Part shown: piece by piece, positions 9,290 to 19,742 of the stretch
Numbering within the stretch: the stretch's first letter is position 1
How the letters are laid out: each line of letters begins with the position of its first letter
Assembly: GCA_965247095.1 (NCBI GenBank)
Contig: OZ251997.1
Span: forward strand, 2,784,001 to 2,848,000
DNA from: Candidatus Multivorans sp.
Lineage (GTDB): Bacteria; Acidobacteriota; Thermoanaerobaculia; Multivoradales; Multivoraceae
DNA length: 64,000 nt
Direction of reading: 5' to 3'
Program-made: the position numbers and the translations under genes
The notes under the pieces: generated by a model
Seen by the model: the letters and a program-made list of their open reading frames with translations, nothing else
What the model was told of the DNA's origin: nothing
Databases searched by the model: none

Positions 9290-10868
9290 CGGCCAGCGCG
9301 GCCTCGGCCGGCCCCACGTGAGCGCGCGCCCGCCAGAGGAAGGCCACCGAGACCGTCCAGAACAGCATGCTGATCATCATCGCGTAGCGCAGGGAGTCGG
9401 CAGGCGACTGGCCGGCCGCGGCCAGGACATCGCTGATCTTGCCGACCGCGAACGGCCCGAGCGCGAAACCGATCAGAGTGTTCAGCAGCAGATAGACCGC
9501 CGACGCCGTCGAGCGCATTCTCGGCGGCACGAGTTCGTTGGCCGCGGCTGCTCCGGGACCGATCCACAGAGATACGAAGGCGACGGTCAGGAGAAAGTAG
9601 ATGAAGGCCGCCGTGAGGCTGGCGGCGGTGAGCATGAGAATCATCGCCGGCACGGACAGGACGACAGTAGCCAGACCGAGAATGACCCGGCCGTTCGGTG
9701 TCCTCTGCTTCAGGCGATCGGACACCAGGCCGCCGGCAGTGACGCCAATCCAGCCGCCGACCGCGACGCCGATGCCCATCAACGCCCCCACCCGGGTCGG
9801 ACTGGCGTCGAAGCTGCGGATCAAGAGCGGCGCTGTCCAGAACGCGAGGCCGTTGGTGACGAAGGACAGGCTGGCGAAGCCCACACTGCTGTACATGAAG
9901 GCGCGGTTGCCAAGAATGCAGCCGAAAGTGGTGGGGTCGCGATAGGCCAGTCCCTGACCCCAGGAGAAGGCGGCGTAGATGCCGATGGCCAGGGCGATCC
10001 ACTGGGCCGGCTCGCCCACCGAGGCGACCATCGCCCATGCCACCAAGGCCAGCGCGGCGGCACAGCCGGCGTGGATCAGCAGCCCCTTCCGGTCACACCC
10101 GGATCGCCACAGACTGATGACCGTGAAGGGCGGTATGACGGCCCCGAACTCCTGGAGCGGCTGCGGACGACCCACGGTTTCGACCGCAACTCCCTCCTGC
10201 TGGCCCTTGGCGGGCTCTCGCAGGGTCCACACCCAGAGGGCCATGATCAGCCCCGGGATACCGACCGCGAGGAAGGCGGCTTGCCAGGCGGCGAGCCCCA
10301 GCGGCGCCGATCCGTCGGGGTACCTGCCGCTCCAGAAATCGACGATCCAGCCGCCGAGGGCGAAGCCGGTGGCGGCGCCGAGATAGATACCGCCGGAGTA
10401 GAGAGCCAGGGCCGTGGCTCGCAATCTCTGAGGAAAGTAGTCGACGATCAACGAGTACGCCGACGGACTGAGGCTGGCTTCTCCGACGCCGACTCCGACG
10501 CGGTACGTGCCCAGCATCGCGAAGCTCCGGGCAGTGCCTGTCAGGGCAGTCATCAGGCTCCAGAAGAAGAGCCCGATGGCGATCAGGTTCTTGCGGATCC
10601 AGGCATCGCCCAGACGACCGAAGGGGATGCCGAAGACGGCGTAGAACACCGCGAAGGCGGTGCCGTAGAGAAAGCCGATCTGGGCGTCCGTGAGACCCAG
10701 ATCGCGCTTCACGTCCTCGGCGAGAATCGAGAGGATGTTGCGATCGACGTAGTTGAAGAGATAGCAGAGGACGAGAACGGCGAGGACGTACCAGGAGTAA
10801 CCGCTGAACGCCCGCCTCTCGCGAGAAGTCGAACGCTTCGGCTCGGCGCCGTTCCCGCTCTCGTGCAT
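9255..10868 (-). CDS. MFS transporter (Spinster-like)
   Basis: FNYVDRNILSILAEDVKRDLGLTDAQIG, GRLGD..RK motif A, many TM segments; ATG at 10868 chosen to avoid overlap with the upstream MaoC gene. Confidence 0.9.
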   Translation of the reverse strand: MHESGNGAEPKRSTSRERRAFSGYSWYVLAVLVLCYLFNYVDRNILSILAEDVKRDLGLTDAQIGFLYGTAFAVFYAVFGIPFGRLGDAWIRKNLIAIGLFFWSLMTALTGTARSFAMLGTYRVGVGVGEASLSPSAYSLIVDYFPQRLRATALALYSGGIYLGAATGFALGGWIVDFWSGRYPDGSAPLGLAAWQAAFLAVGIPGLIMALWVWTLREPAKGQQEGVAVETVGRPQPLQEFGAVIPPFTVISLWRSGCDRKGLLIHAGCAAALALVAWAMVASVGEPAQWIALAIGIYAAFSWGQGLAYRDPTTFGCILGNRAFMYSSVGFASLSFVTNGLAFWTAPLLIRSFDASPTRVGALMGIGVAVGGWIGVTAGGLVSDRLKQRTPNGRVILGLATVVLSVPAMILMLTAASLTAAFIYFLLTVAFVSLWIGPGAAAANELVPPRMRSTASAVYLLLNTLIGFALGPFAVGKISDVLAAAGQSPADSLRYAMMISMLFWTVSVAFLWRARAHVGPAEAALAATRTGSRPDPS

Positions 10869-10875
10869 GGCGGCG

Positions 10876-11364
10876 CTAACTCGCGTCTTCTGCTGTCGAT
10901 GGCATGAAGAGAACCAGGGGCCGGGCGACGAAGACGAGGCGATCCTCCCCGGCCAGGCGTACACGCACTTCCCGCGCCAGCAGGGTTCCGCGGCCTTTTT
11001 TCTGAACGTCGACCAACCGGACGCTGGCCTGCAAGTGGGCGCCGGCCGGCACCGGGGCGAGGAAACGAACCCGGTCGATGCCGTAGTTCGTCGAATTGCC
11101 GAATCCCGTGACCCGGAAGTCGGCGCCGTCCGGGAGGTTGGCGAACAGGCTCAGGGTGAGCATGCCGTGGGCGATAGGCCGTCCGAAGGGACTCTCGCGG
11201 CGCGACCGCTCGACATCGACGTGGATCCAGTTGTGGTCTCCCGAGAGTTCGGCGAACGCGTCGATCATCGCCTGCTTCACTTCAAGGGAGTCGCTCCAGG
11301 GGCCGAACTCCTCGCTGATCTCGCCGCGGAGGGCGTCGATGTCGTCGAAGCGGATCGTCCTCAT
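10876..11364 (-). CDS. MaoC-family dehydratase (hot-dog fold)
   Basis: FAELSGDHNWIHVD..PIAHGMLTLS hydratase motif; NYGIDRVRFLAPV. Confidence 0.92.
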   Translation of the reverse strand: MRTIRFDDIDALRGEISEEFGPWSDSLEVKQAMIDAFAELSGDHNWIHVDVERSRRESPFGRPIAHGMLTLSLFANLPDGADFRVTGFGNSTNYGIDRVRFLAPVPAGAHLQASVRLVDVQKKGRGTLLAREVRVRLAGEDRLVFVARPLVLFMPSTAEDAS

Positions 11365-14021
11365 GGGCGGGCGCCGGCGGCGGACTGCGAGGCGGCGGTT
11401 CTCCTGCCTACCCAGAACGGGCTCGACCAGGCCTGACCGCCGTCGAGCTGGGTGACGCGTACGTAGTAGTAGTCGCCGGGCGCTGCCGGTCCCATGTCCA
11501 GGTACTCGAACTCGCGGTCGAGCGGGGCGTCCGGCTCGACGACTTGCAGGGTCACGCGGTCGATGTGCTCGCCGAACGGAACTTCGCGTTCGAGTCGGTT
11601 GTCCCGAAGGCCGGCGAGCCGGAGCTCGATGCTGGCGCCGGGAATGTCCATCGCCGGCCGCTCGTGTCCCTGGCCTATGCCGTACTCGCGGGTGGGTTCG
11701 AGCTCGATCTCGAGCGTGGTCGATGCGGTGGCGCCGGCGAGTCCCAGCAGAACGGTGTCGCTGCGGCCGCGGGTGCGAATGTCGAAGCGAAACACACCGG
11801 CGTCTTCGGTCTCGATCCAGTCGAGTACCCGGTTGTCGAGGCCTACCGGGACCACGTCCAGAACCCGCGCTCCGCGCACCCGCAGCGTGCCGCGCCAGAC
11901 GCGGAAGGGGCGTGGGTTGTCGACCGCGTCCAGTGTGAAGACCTCGGAGGAGGACTCGAAGCCGAGTTGAAGCCAGGACCGGTCGCTAAGCGGCGCCGAC
12001 AGGTAGCTGCGGCTGAAGGCGACTTCGCCGTTCTTGATCACTTCCATGCGGTCGATGGGGGAGGTGCCGGATACCCGGGCCACGATGCGGCGCTGTTCGG
12101 CCTGCGGCTGGCGGACCCCCATCGGATAACCGTTCAGCTCGGCGTCGAGCAGGATGCGCTGACCGGAGACGGCGTAGACCGAGCGCTCGCGGAGGGCGTC
12201 GAAAATGGCGTCGGGCGTCTTCTCGGCGGCGCTGACCGCGGCGAGGCCGGGAACTCCGATCAAGGAAGCCTGGAAGTGACCCTGGGGAGCTCCGGGCTTG
12301 GCGCGATGGTCGTCGGAGGCGGCCAGGAAGCCGACTTCGAAGCCGTTCTTCAGGAACATGTTGCCGAACCACTCGAAGGTGCCGTGCTCGCTGTAGATCT
12401 CGACGACGCGCTCCAGCTCGCCGTCGCTCTGCGTCCAGTCTCCCGCGGAGTGCGCGTGCGGGATGACCAGGACGTCAGCCGGGTCGTTGGCGGCGCGAAG
12501 CCCCTCCCACAGCAGCGGCAGCCGATGCGCTTCCTGGACCGGCACCCGCTCGCGGTCGGGGCTGCGGAAGAGCACGTTGTGGTGGCCGCCGCGTTTGCGG
12601 GTCGGGGTCCATTCGTAGCCCAGGAAGGCGATCGCCCGGCCCGCCTCCGTGGTGCGGCGGCTGAACTCCTGCAACTGTTGCCACTCGTAGTCGTCGAGCC
12701 AGAAGTCATGCTCCGAGAGGGTCAGGAAGTCGAGGCGCGCGTCCTCTACACCGTAGCGGAAGTACCCCGCAGGCGATCCCTGGCCCTCGGCGAAGCCGGT
12801 GTGGCCGTGGGTTTCTCCCCACAGGATCCTGCGCTCGGGCTCGGCTTCGACCCAGATCGGGTTGCTCGTGGCCTCAAGCGTGCCGTCGGTCGAACGGACC
12901 ACGAAGCGGTAGGTCCCGGGCTCCTGGATCGTCAGCCCGCCGGCGATGGCGACGGCGCTTTCGGGCGCCGCGACCTCAGCCACCACTTCGCCGTTCAGGA
13001 GGATCTCGTAGCCGGGCAGTGGGCCGCTGGCGCGGTTCAGGCCGGCGTCCTCGCTGCGAACCGTCAGGTCGAAGGTCTCCCCGGCCGCGACCACCGACGG
13101 CGCCAGCACTCTCACGCCCGCCACAGCGCCGCCGATCACCGTCAGACTCGGCCACTCGGGAGTCAGCCAGCTGCCGTTGCCCTGAAGATCGATGTAGAGC
13201 GGTAGCAGCAGGGCGTCGGTTTCGAAGGCCTGGACTCCGATTCCGGCCGAGCCGCCGGATCGATCGCCGTACGTGACGGTGATCGTGTCGCCGGGCTCGA
13301 GGGGGGCGCCGACAAGGCGGAAGGCCGGCGTCGGTTTCGGGAAGCGCTGCGAACCGTGCGGCCCCACGAGGGGAACCATGACCGCTTCGAGCCAAGCCTC
13401 GGGCTTTGAGGTTCGGGCAGTGAGGTAGTTGGGGCCTGCCGGATCCTGGTTCTGGAAGTCGTTCGTGTCGGCCAGCCACTGGCGTCCGGCCAGCACGCCG
13501 CCGCCGATCTGCATCGGCATGTTGCCGACCTCATAGACGAGCTCGACGGTCGCCTTCGAACCAGCCAACAGCGGCTCGTCGGGCACCACTCTCAGACTGC
13601 CGAGAGCGTGAGGGTCTTCGTCCTTGATCAGCAGCTCTTCGAGATAGCGATCAATGTACGGAACGTAGTCCTCGACGGTGTTCAACTCGACATCGGCGAC
13701 CAGGCGTACGTCCGGGGGCGAGCCGTCGGCCTCAGCCCAGCGCATGATCGCGGTATCGAGAGCGAAGTTCACCGGCAGAGGACCTCCGGTCAGGGCGTAC
13801 GCGTTCGCCCATTCCCAGAGGATGTCGACACGCTCGTAGACGTTGGCCGAACTGGTCGGCGCCGCCGCGCGGTCGATCTTCAGTTGTTCAACCTTTGCGC
13901 GGAGGTCGGGCGAGAGGTAGTCGCCGCCGACCGTGGGGGCGGCCTCACAGCCCAGCAAGAGGACGGCGACCAACCCGGCCTGCAAGGGGGCCGAGATCCG
14001 GAAGCTTCGGCGTTGGTTCAT
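11361..14021 (-). CDS. Exported DUF3604/PHP-fold metallohydrolase lipoprotein (paralog A3)
   Basis: LLGC lipobox after ATG 14021; WGETHGHT, LSEHD, GYEW, GHHNV, IPHAH, SDDH; ends AWSSPFWV. Confidence 0.8.
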   Translation of the reverse strand: MNQRRSFRISAPLQAGLVAVLLLGCEAAPTVGGDYLSPDLRAKVEQLKIDRAAAPTSSANVYERVDILWEWANAYALTGGPLPVNFALDTAIMRWAEADGSPPDVRLVADVELNTVEDYVPYIDRYLEELLIKDEDPHALGSLRVVPDEPLLAGSKATVELVYEVGNMPMQIGGGVLAGRQWLADTNDFQNQDPAGPNYLTARTSKPEAWLEAVMVPLVGPHGSQRFPKPTPAFRLVGAPLEPGDTITVTYGDRSGGSAGIGVQAFETDALLLPLYIDLQGNGSWLTPEWPSLTVIGGAVAGVRVLAPSVVAAGETFDLTVRSEDAGLNRASGPLPGYEILLNGEVVAEVAAPESAVAIAGGLTIQEPGTYRFVVRSTDGTLEATSNPIWVEAEPERRILWGETHGHTGFAEGQGSPAGYFRYGVEDARLDFLTLSEHDFWLDDYEWQQLQEFSRRTTEAGRAIAFLGYEWTPTRKRGGHHNVLFRSPDRERVPVQEAHRLPLLWEGLRAANDPADVLVIPHAHSAGDWTQSDGELERVVEIYSEHGTFEWFGNMFLKNGFEVGFLAASDDHRAKPGAPQGHFQASLIGVPGLAAVSAAEKTPDAIFDALRERSVYAVSGQRILLDAELNGYPMGVRQPQAEQRRIVARVSGTSPIDRMEVIKNGEVAFSRSYLSAPLSDRSWLQLGFESSSEVFTLDAVDNPRPFRVWRGTLRVRGARVLDVVPVGLDNRVLDWIETEDAGVFRFDIRTRGRSDTVLLGLAGATASTTLEIELEPTREYGIGQGHERPAMDIPGASIELRLAGLRDNRLEREVPFGEHIDRVTLQVVEPDAPLDREFEYLDMGPAAPGDYYYVRVTQLDGGQAWSSPFWVGRRTAASQSAAGARP

Positions 14022-14067
14022 GAGTGGGCATAGTCTAGGAGACTGCATCGGAAAAGGGGGATAGGAG

Positions 14068-15570
14068 ATGTTCCGATCGACGCGACGCGAGTTCCTCACG
14101 GGTTCACTGGCGACCGGAGTTCTGTCCGCGGCCTACGGGTGTCGCCCGTCGGACCCGGCGACGCAGGCGCCTTCGCGGCCCAACATCCTGTTCCTGTTCC
14201 CCGACCAGCATCGTTGGGATTGGATGCCCGGGAACCCGGCTGTCCCTGTGCCGATGCCCCATCTCGAGGCGCTGGCGGCACGGGGGCTGACGTTGGAGCG
14301 GGCCTACTGCGCGGCCCCGGTCTGCGGGCCTTCGCGCGCCTGCCTGGCATTCGGACGCGAGTACGACGATTGCGGTGTGCCGACGAACAGACAGAGCCTG
14401 CCCCTGGACCGGACGACGTTCTACCGCCGGCTTCGGGACGGCGGCTACCACATGATCGGCTGCGGCAAGCTGGACCTGGCTTCGGGCGCGCTATTCGAGA
14501 TTATCGAGAACTCCGGGGCGCCCGGGGCGCCGCTTGGGCTGGGCCTCGACGGGCGTCGCTTCGCGGAACAGTGGGGCTTCAGCGACGCGATCAACAACGC
14601 CGGCAAGGGCGCCGGTGCGATGATCTACAGCGCACAGCCGCTGGGCGCCAAGGATCCGTACTATGCCTATCTCGACGCGCTCGACCCGGGTCAGGGGCTG
14701 ATCTGCGCCGAGGACATGCTCGAGCGGCGGACTCCGGAGAAGGTGGAGCAGTGGGGGAAGACCCGCGTCTCACCGCTTGCCGACGCGGACTACTGCGACA
14801 ACTGGATCGGTCGCAACGGCATGTCGCTGCTCGACGCCGTTCCGGCCGGCGAGCCGTGGTTCATGGCTGTCAACTTCGCCGGCCCCCACCCGCCGATGGA
14901 CATCACCGCGCGCATGGAGCGCCTCTACAGGGGGCCGGATCGCGTGATCGACGACTTCCCGCAGCCGCACGGTTACGACGGCCCGTGGGACGCGGACCAT
15001 CACATCCGCATTCGCCAGAACTACGCCGCGATGATCGAGAACATCGACCGCTGGATCGGCCTGTTCGTCGAGCGCCTTCAGCAGCGCGGCGAACTCGAGA
15101 ACACGATCGTCGTCTACTCGAGCGACCACGGCGAGATGCTGGGCGACCGCTCGCGCTGGGGCAAGCAGTTGCCCTTCGAGGCTTCGGCGGCGGTACCCCT
15201 GGTGATCGCCGGACCCGGCGTGGCGCCGGGCCGGCGAACCCGCGCCATGGTCAGCCTGATCGATCTCACGGCTACGTTTCTCGACCTCGGCGGCGTCGGC
15301 GTTCCAGAGGACATGGACGGTATCTCGCTGCGTGGGCTCCTTGCCGGGGAGACTGACCGGCATCGAGAGTACGTGCTGTCGGGCCTCTACGACTGGAGGA
15401 TGGTCTACGACGGCCGCTACAAGCTGATTGTGGGCTTCGAGGGCGCGAACCGGCGCCTCTACGATCTCCAGGAAGATCCCCGGGAAGAGGTCGATCTGAG
15501 CGCCGATCATCCACGCCGTTGCGGCGAGCTGGAGGCCATGATGCGCCAGGGCAGCTACCGGGTCGGCTAA
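14068..15570 (+). CDS. Formylglycine-dependent sulfatase, Tat-exported (choline-sulfatase-like)
   Basis: STRREFL twin-arginine motif; PNILFLFPDQH; CGPSRA (CxPxR); SDHGEMLG. Confidence 0.92.
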   Translation: MFRSTRREFLTGSLATGVLSAAYGCRPSDPATQAPSRPNILFLFPDQHRWDWMPGNPAVPVPMPHLEALAARGLTLERAYCAAPVCGPSRACLAFGREYDDCGVPTNRQSLPLDRTTFYRRLRDGGYHMIGCGKLDLASGALFEIIENSGAPGAPLGLGLDGRRFAEQWGFSDAINNAGKGAGAMIYSAQPLGAKDPYYAYLDALDPGQGLICAEDMLERRTPEKVEQWGKTRVSPLADADYCDNWIGRNGMSLLDAVPAGEPWFMAVNFAGPHPPMDITARMERLYRGPDRVIDDFPQPHGYDGPWDADHHIRIRQNYAAMIENIDRWIGLFVERLQQRGELENTIVVYSSDHGEMLGDRSRWGKQLPFEASAAVPLVIAGPGVAPGRRTRAMVSLIDLTATFLDLGGVGVPEDMDGISLRGLLAGETDRHREYVLSGLYDWRMVYDGRYKLIVGFEGANRRLYDLQEDPREEVDLSADHPRRCGELEAMMRQGSYRVG

Positions 15571-15695
15571 GAGCTTGTGCGGCAGAACGGGCCTCCTCCG
15601 TTCCTGGAATCTCCGCCCAATCAGCGTTTGAAATTCTAACTGCGTTGTCGTAGGCTCTGCCGATTCCGCGTCACAAACCAGTTCGGAGGCGAGTC

Positions 15696-18413
15696 ATGAA
15701 GGATCGTACGTTGCACCCGTTGCCTTGGATCTTCGCGATCGCTCTCTGTTGCCCCTTGTCGTTGTGGGCGGACGGTGTTCAGACCGGCACTGTGGACGGC
15801 ATCGTTCGCGACAACGCCGGCGCCGGAGTTCCCGGCGCTACCGTGACACTCGGCGGTGACCGTGGCGACATGGCCGCCATCACTGACGCCGAAGGCGGTT
15901 TCAGATTCCTCCTGGTTGCTCCGGGCTCCTACCGGCTCAGCGCGGACCTCGAGGGCATGGGAACCGCGGAGGCGGCCGTGCAGGTCGAATCCGGCAGTCG
16001 CCGGACCCTCGACATGACCCTGATTGCAGCGACGGAGGAGACGATCACCGTGGTCTCCAATGCGGTGAGAATCGACAGGTATGCGGTCGGCTCGCAGACG
16101 AGTCTGGAGGCCGATCTCGCCGAGCAGTTGAGCTTCAAGGGCCGCAACTACCAGGCGTCGATGGAGGTCCTGCCGGGCGTGGTGCATGACGCCACGTCCC
16201 GCTTTCAGGGCGACATCAAGTTCGCCGTCAACGGGGGCCAGGATGTCGAGATGGCCGGGTTCGTCGACGGCGTCGACATCAGCTTCATGCGCTTCGGAGG
16301 CAGCCCGCGAGCGATGCTGCCATCGAGTTCGCTGGAAGAGGTGCGGCTGGAGGACGCCGGGTTCGGCGCCGAGTACGGCCGGGTGGTCGGCGGCGTCACC
16401 AACGCGGTGATCAAGTCGGGCACCAACGACTTCCACGGTCAGGCCTTGGTGATCCCGCAGAGCCAGAAGTGGAAGGCGACCTCGGATGTGGCGCCCGGAC
16501 ATCCGCGATCGAGTGATGTCGACAACAGCTACGAGGCCAACCTCGGCGGCTACCTGAAGCGCGACAAGGCCTGGTTCTTCGCCGCCCACTCGAAGCAGAA
16601 CACGAACGCTCTCGACATTCTCGGGGACGGCAGCTTTGAGGACATCAGCTTCAAGGCCAACGTGGCGACGCTGAAGCTCAGCTTCCAGCCCAACCAGCGC
16701 CACTACTTCACTGTCACCGGGGTGGACAGCCCGATCGACAAGAACCACGCCAACGTCTCGACGGGCGATCAGTTCGCCGTCTGCAAGTGCGACCTGCCGG
16801 GCGAGTTCTTCTCCGCTACGTGGAGCGCGAGTCTCAGTTCATCGTCCTTCCTGGAGCTCAAGATCGCATCGCAGGAGAACACGGTCAACCGGGGCATCAT
16901 CCGTTCACGAACTCTCAGCCCGGGCGCCGACTCCCACACTCCCCTGGGCAACAACTTCTCGTACGAGGACCGGGGATCGCGCGTTCGTTACAACACGATT
17001 GGCCACCCCGCGGGACAGGGCTACATCACGATTCCGCGCGAGCAGGCGAATCTGTCGATCGGCACGTTCCGCGGCAATCACCAGTTCAAGTTCGGCGCCG
17101 ACTACCAGGACTTTTCGATCGAGGCAGTGAACGAGATCGGCCATCGCTTCTACGGCATCGGCTATGCCCCGAACTTGCCGGGGGGCTTCGCTCGACCGCA
17201 GTTCCTCAACGTCTTCGATCCGCCGAGTCCGACCGTCAACGCCGACGAGATCCTGTCTGTCTATGCCGACGATCGCGTGGCGGCGTCCGACCAGTGGAAC
17301 ATCTACTACGGCCTGCGCCTGGACAGCCAGAAACAGAACAACGATGTCGGTACCAAGATCAATGACTGGAGCGAGGTGGCGCCGCGGCTGGCGGCCAACT
17401 ACGACATCAGGCGTGACGGCACACTGGTCTTCAAGCTGAATGCCGGGCGCTACTACCAGATTCTTCAGGGCGATCTGGTAACCCGGGAGTTCAGCACCCT
17501 GCCCAATGGCCGCAACCTCTACAACCAGTACAACTGGAACCCGGCGAGCCAGCGCTACGACCGCTTCGCGCGGCGGGCAACTCCGGCCAATCCGAACGCC
17601 GTGCAGGCGGTGAACCCCTACTACAAGGACGAGTTCACGGTCGGAATCGCGGCGCAGTTCGGCGACATCTGGCTCTTTGAGGCTACGGGCATCACCTGGG
17701 AGCTGAACGACCTCTACCTGGCAACCCATCAGTACGACGACGCGGGGCGGATCTTCCGTGAAGTGCGGAATCGACCCGACGCCTTCCGCGAGTACGAAGG
17801 CCTGCGCCTGACGCTCCGCCGCGCCATGCGCAACGACTGGACGATGCAGGCGAACTACACCTGGTCGAACAACAACGGCAACAACTTCGGCCGCAACGAC
17901 AACGCCGTTATCTACGACGACGATCTCGGTGAAGGTCTGGGCGGGATCGAACTCGGCACCGGCGCCACCGACGCGACCGTCGTCTTCCGCGAAGGCCACG
18001 GGTTCCTCGATCGCACCCACAACCTGAACGTCGTGGCTCTGCGGAGCTTCGTTCTGGGGAGTCACAACATCTCAGTGGGCGGATACTACGGTTTCCGCAG
18101 CGGCGAGCGCTGGGGGCGCCGGCAGGCGACCCGGCTCGTCCACCCGGTCACCGGCGCCAGGATCAACACGTCGTCCTACCGGGAGCCGCGAGACGTCAAC
18201 CAGCTCGAGGACACCCACACCGTCAACCTGACCGGAATGTGGGACTTTCCTCTCGGAGGCCGGATCCACGGCAGGGTGGGCCTCGAACTGGTGAACATCA
18301 CGAACGCGCAGGAGATCATCGGCATCAACCGCGCCAACGGCCGCCAGCTTCCGGGCACGGCGGCCCTGCAATCGCCGCGCGAGTACCGCATACACGTCGG
18401 CATCCGCTTCTGA
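15696..18413 (+). CDS. TonB-dependent receptor (Oar-like, N-terminal carboxypeptidase-regulatory-like domain)
   Basis: Signal peptide, GTVDGIVRDNAGAGVPGATVTL, AEYGRVVGGVTNAVIKSGTNDFHG plug signature, C-terminal Phe (GIRF). Confidence 0.9.
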   Translation: MKDRTLHPLPWIFAIALCCPLSLWADGVQTGTVDGIVRDNAGAGVPGATVTLGGDRGDMAAITDAEGGFRFLLVAPGSYRLSADLEGMGTAEAAVQVESGSRRTLDMTLIAATEETITVVSNAVRIDRYAVGSQTSLEADLAEQLSFKGRNYQASMEVLPGVVHDATSRFQGDIKFAVNGGQDVEMAGFVDGVDISFMRFGGSPRAMLPSSSLEEVRLEDAGFGAEYGRVVGGVTNAVIKSGTNDFHGQALVIPQSQKWKATSDVAPGHPRSSDVDNSYEANLGGYLKRDKAWFFAAHSKQNTNALDILGDGSFEDISFKANVATLKLSFQPNQRHYFTVTGVDSPIDKNHANVSTGDQFAVCKCDLPGEFFSATWSASLSSSSFLELKIASQENTVNRGIIRSRTLSPGADSHTPLGNNFSYEDRGSRVRYNTIGHPAGQGYITIPREQANLSIGTFRGNHQFKFGADYQDFSIEAVNEIGHRFYGIGYAPNLPGGFARPQFLNVFDPPSPTVNADEILSVYADDRVAASDQWNIYYGLRLDSQKQNNDVGTKINDWSEVAPRLAANYDIRRDGTLVFKLNAGRYYQILQGDLVTREFSTLPNGRNLYNQYNWNPASQRYDRFARRATPANPNAVQAVNPYYKDEFTVGIAAQFGDIWLFEATGITWELNDLYLATHQYDDAGRIFREVRNRPDAFREYEGLRLTLRRAMRNDWTMQANYTWSNNNGNNFGRNDNAVIYDDDLGEGLGGIELGTGATDATVVFREGHGFLDRTHNLNVVALRSFVLGSHNISVGGYYGFRSGERWGRRQATRLVHPVTGARINTSSYREPRDVNQLEDTHTVNLTGMWDFPLGGRIHGRVGLELVNITNAQEIIGINRANGRQLPGTAALQSPREYRIHVGIRF

Positions 18414-18456
18414 GTCGGGGCTACCGCCACTCCGTCCTGGGGCCGCGGAAGCCTGG

Positions 18457-19635
18457 CTAAGCCCAGGGCGGCGCGCCGTAGGGATCCCTGCACAGGCGCC
18501 GCGCCACAACCATGCGGTGGACTTCGTCCGGCCCGTCGTAGATGCGGGCGTAGCGAGCCTCACGGTACATGTGCTCGAGCGGCGTGTCGCCGGTGACGCC
18601 GAGGGCGCCGTGTACCTGGATGGCTCGATCGATCACGTTGTGAAGCATGCGCGCGCCCCAGAACTTGATCAGGGAGACCTCCACCCGAGCTTCCCCTCCC
18701 TGATCGAGAGTCTGGGCCGCTTGCAGGGTCATCAGCCTGGCCGCCTGGATCTCCGCCGCCGACTCGGCGATGAAGCGCTGGATCTCTCCCTTCTCGGAAA
18801 GCAACGAACCGTGGGCGTAGCGGCTCGAGGCCCGCTCGCACATGAGTTCGAAGGCCCTCTGGGCCTGTCCCAGCCATCTCATGCAGTGGAAGATCCGGCC
18901 CGGTCCCAGGCGCTTCTGGGCGATGAGGAACCCCTTGCCGCGCTCGCCGAGAAGGTTGGCCCTGGGTACGCGTACGTTCTCGAGCCGGATCTCGCAGTGA
19001 CCGCTGCGCCGGTTCCCCATGGTCGGGATCACGCGCACGATCTCGTAGCCAGGGGTGTCGGTCGGAACGATGATCGAGGAGAACTTCGCGTACCGATCCG
19101 CCTCGGGCTCGGTGATACAGAAGAGGGTGGTGAATGCGGCGATGTCGGCGCTGGAAGTAAACCACTTGTGGGCGTTGATCACCCATTCGTCGCCGTCGAG
19201 AACCGCGGTCGCCTGCATCAGGGTCGGATCCGAGCCGGCGACCTGTGGCTCAGTCAGGCCGACCGAGGGATAGATGTCGCCCGCCACCAAGGGCTTGAGA
19301 AAACGCTCTCGTTGCTCTTCGCTGGCATAGAGGTCGAACATGATCGAGTCCTGCATCGAGACGCTGCCGACGCAGACCTGACCCCAATAAGACCGGCCGA
19401 TGATCTCGTTCAGATAGACGAAGGGCATGAAGCCGAGACCGCCGCCGCCGAGTTCTCTTGGGTGGCCGATGGCCCACAGGCCTTGACGCTTGGCCTCTTC
19501 CTTCAGACGCGTGAAGGTCGGGCCGGTCGGATCGTACTCCTCGGCCAACGTCGCCTCTTCGGGAATTACGTAGTCGTTGATGAAGGTGCGAAAGAGTTCG
19601 CGGCCCTCGCGCACTTCGTCCGTTAGACCGTACAT
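18457..19635 (-). CDS. Acyl-CoA dehydrogenase
   Basis: LTEPQVAGSD, WVINAHKWFTS, RLGPGRIFHCMR, AIQVHGALG, RIYDGPDEVH. Confidence 0.95.
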   Translation of the reverse strand: MYGLTDEVREGRELFRTFINDYVIPEEATLAEEYDPTGPTFTRLKEEAKRQGLWAIGHPRELGGGGLGFMPFVYLNEIIGRSYWGQVCVGSVSMQDSIMFDLYASEEQRERFLKPLVAGDIYPSVGLTEPQVAGSDPTLMQATAVLDGDEWVINAHKWFTSSADIAAFTTLFCITEPEADRYAKFSSIIVPTDTPGYEIVRVIPTMGNRRSGHCEIRLENVRVPRANLLGERGKGFLIAQKRLGPGRIFHCMRWLGQAQRAFELMCERASSRYAHGSLLSEKGEIQRFIAESAAEIQAARLMTLQAAQTLDQGGEARVEVSLIKFWGARMLHNVIDRAIQVHGALGVTGDTPLEHMYREARYARIYDGPDEVHRMVVARRLCRDPYGAPPWA

Positions 19636-19742
19636 GGGATGGTCTCCTTCATTCCGACTCGGTTTGGGCGCCGAGTGACGGGTTCTCGCGGCGGGCTGTT
19701 ATCGTAGCCGAAGCAAGCAACGCCGCCGCCTTGGAGGAGCAG

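Noticed and set aside
15585-15603. GAACGG/CCGTTC hairpin after the sulfatase as a terminator
   Set aside because: Short 6-bp stem with no U-tract; not distinguishable from chance.
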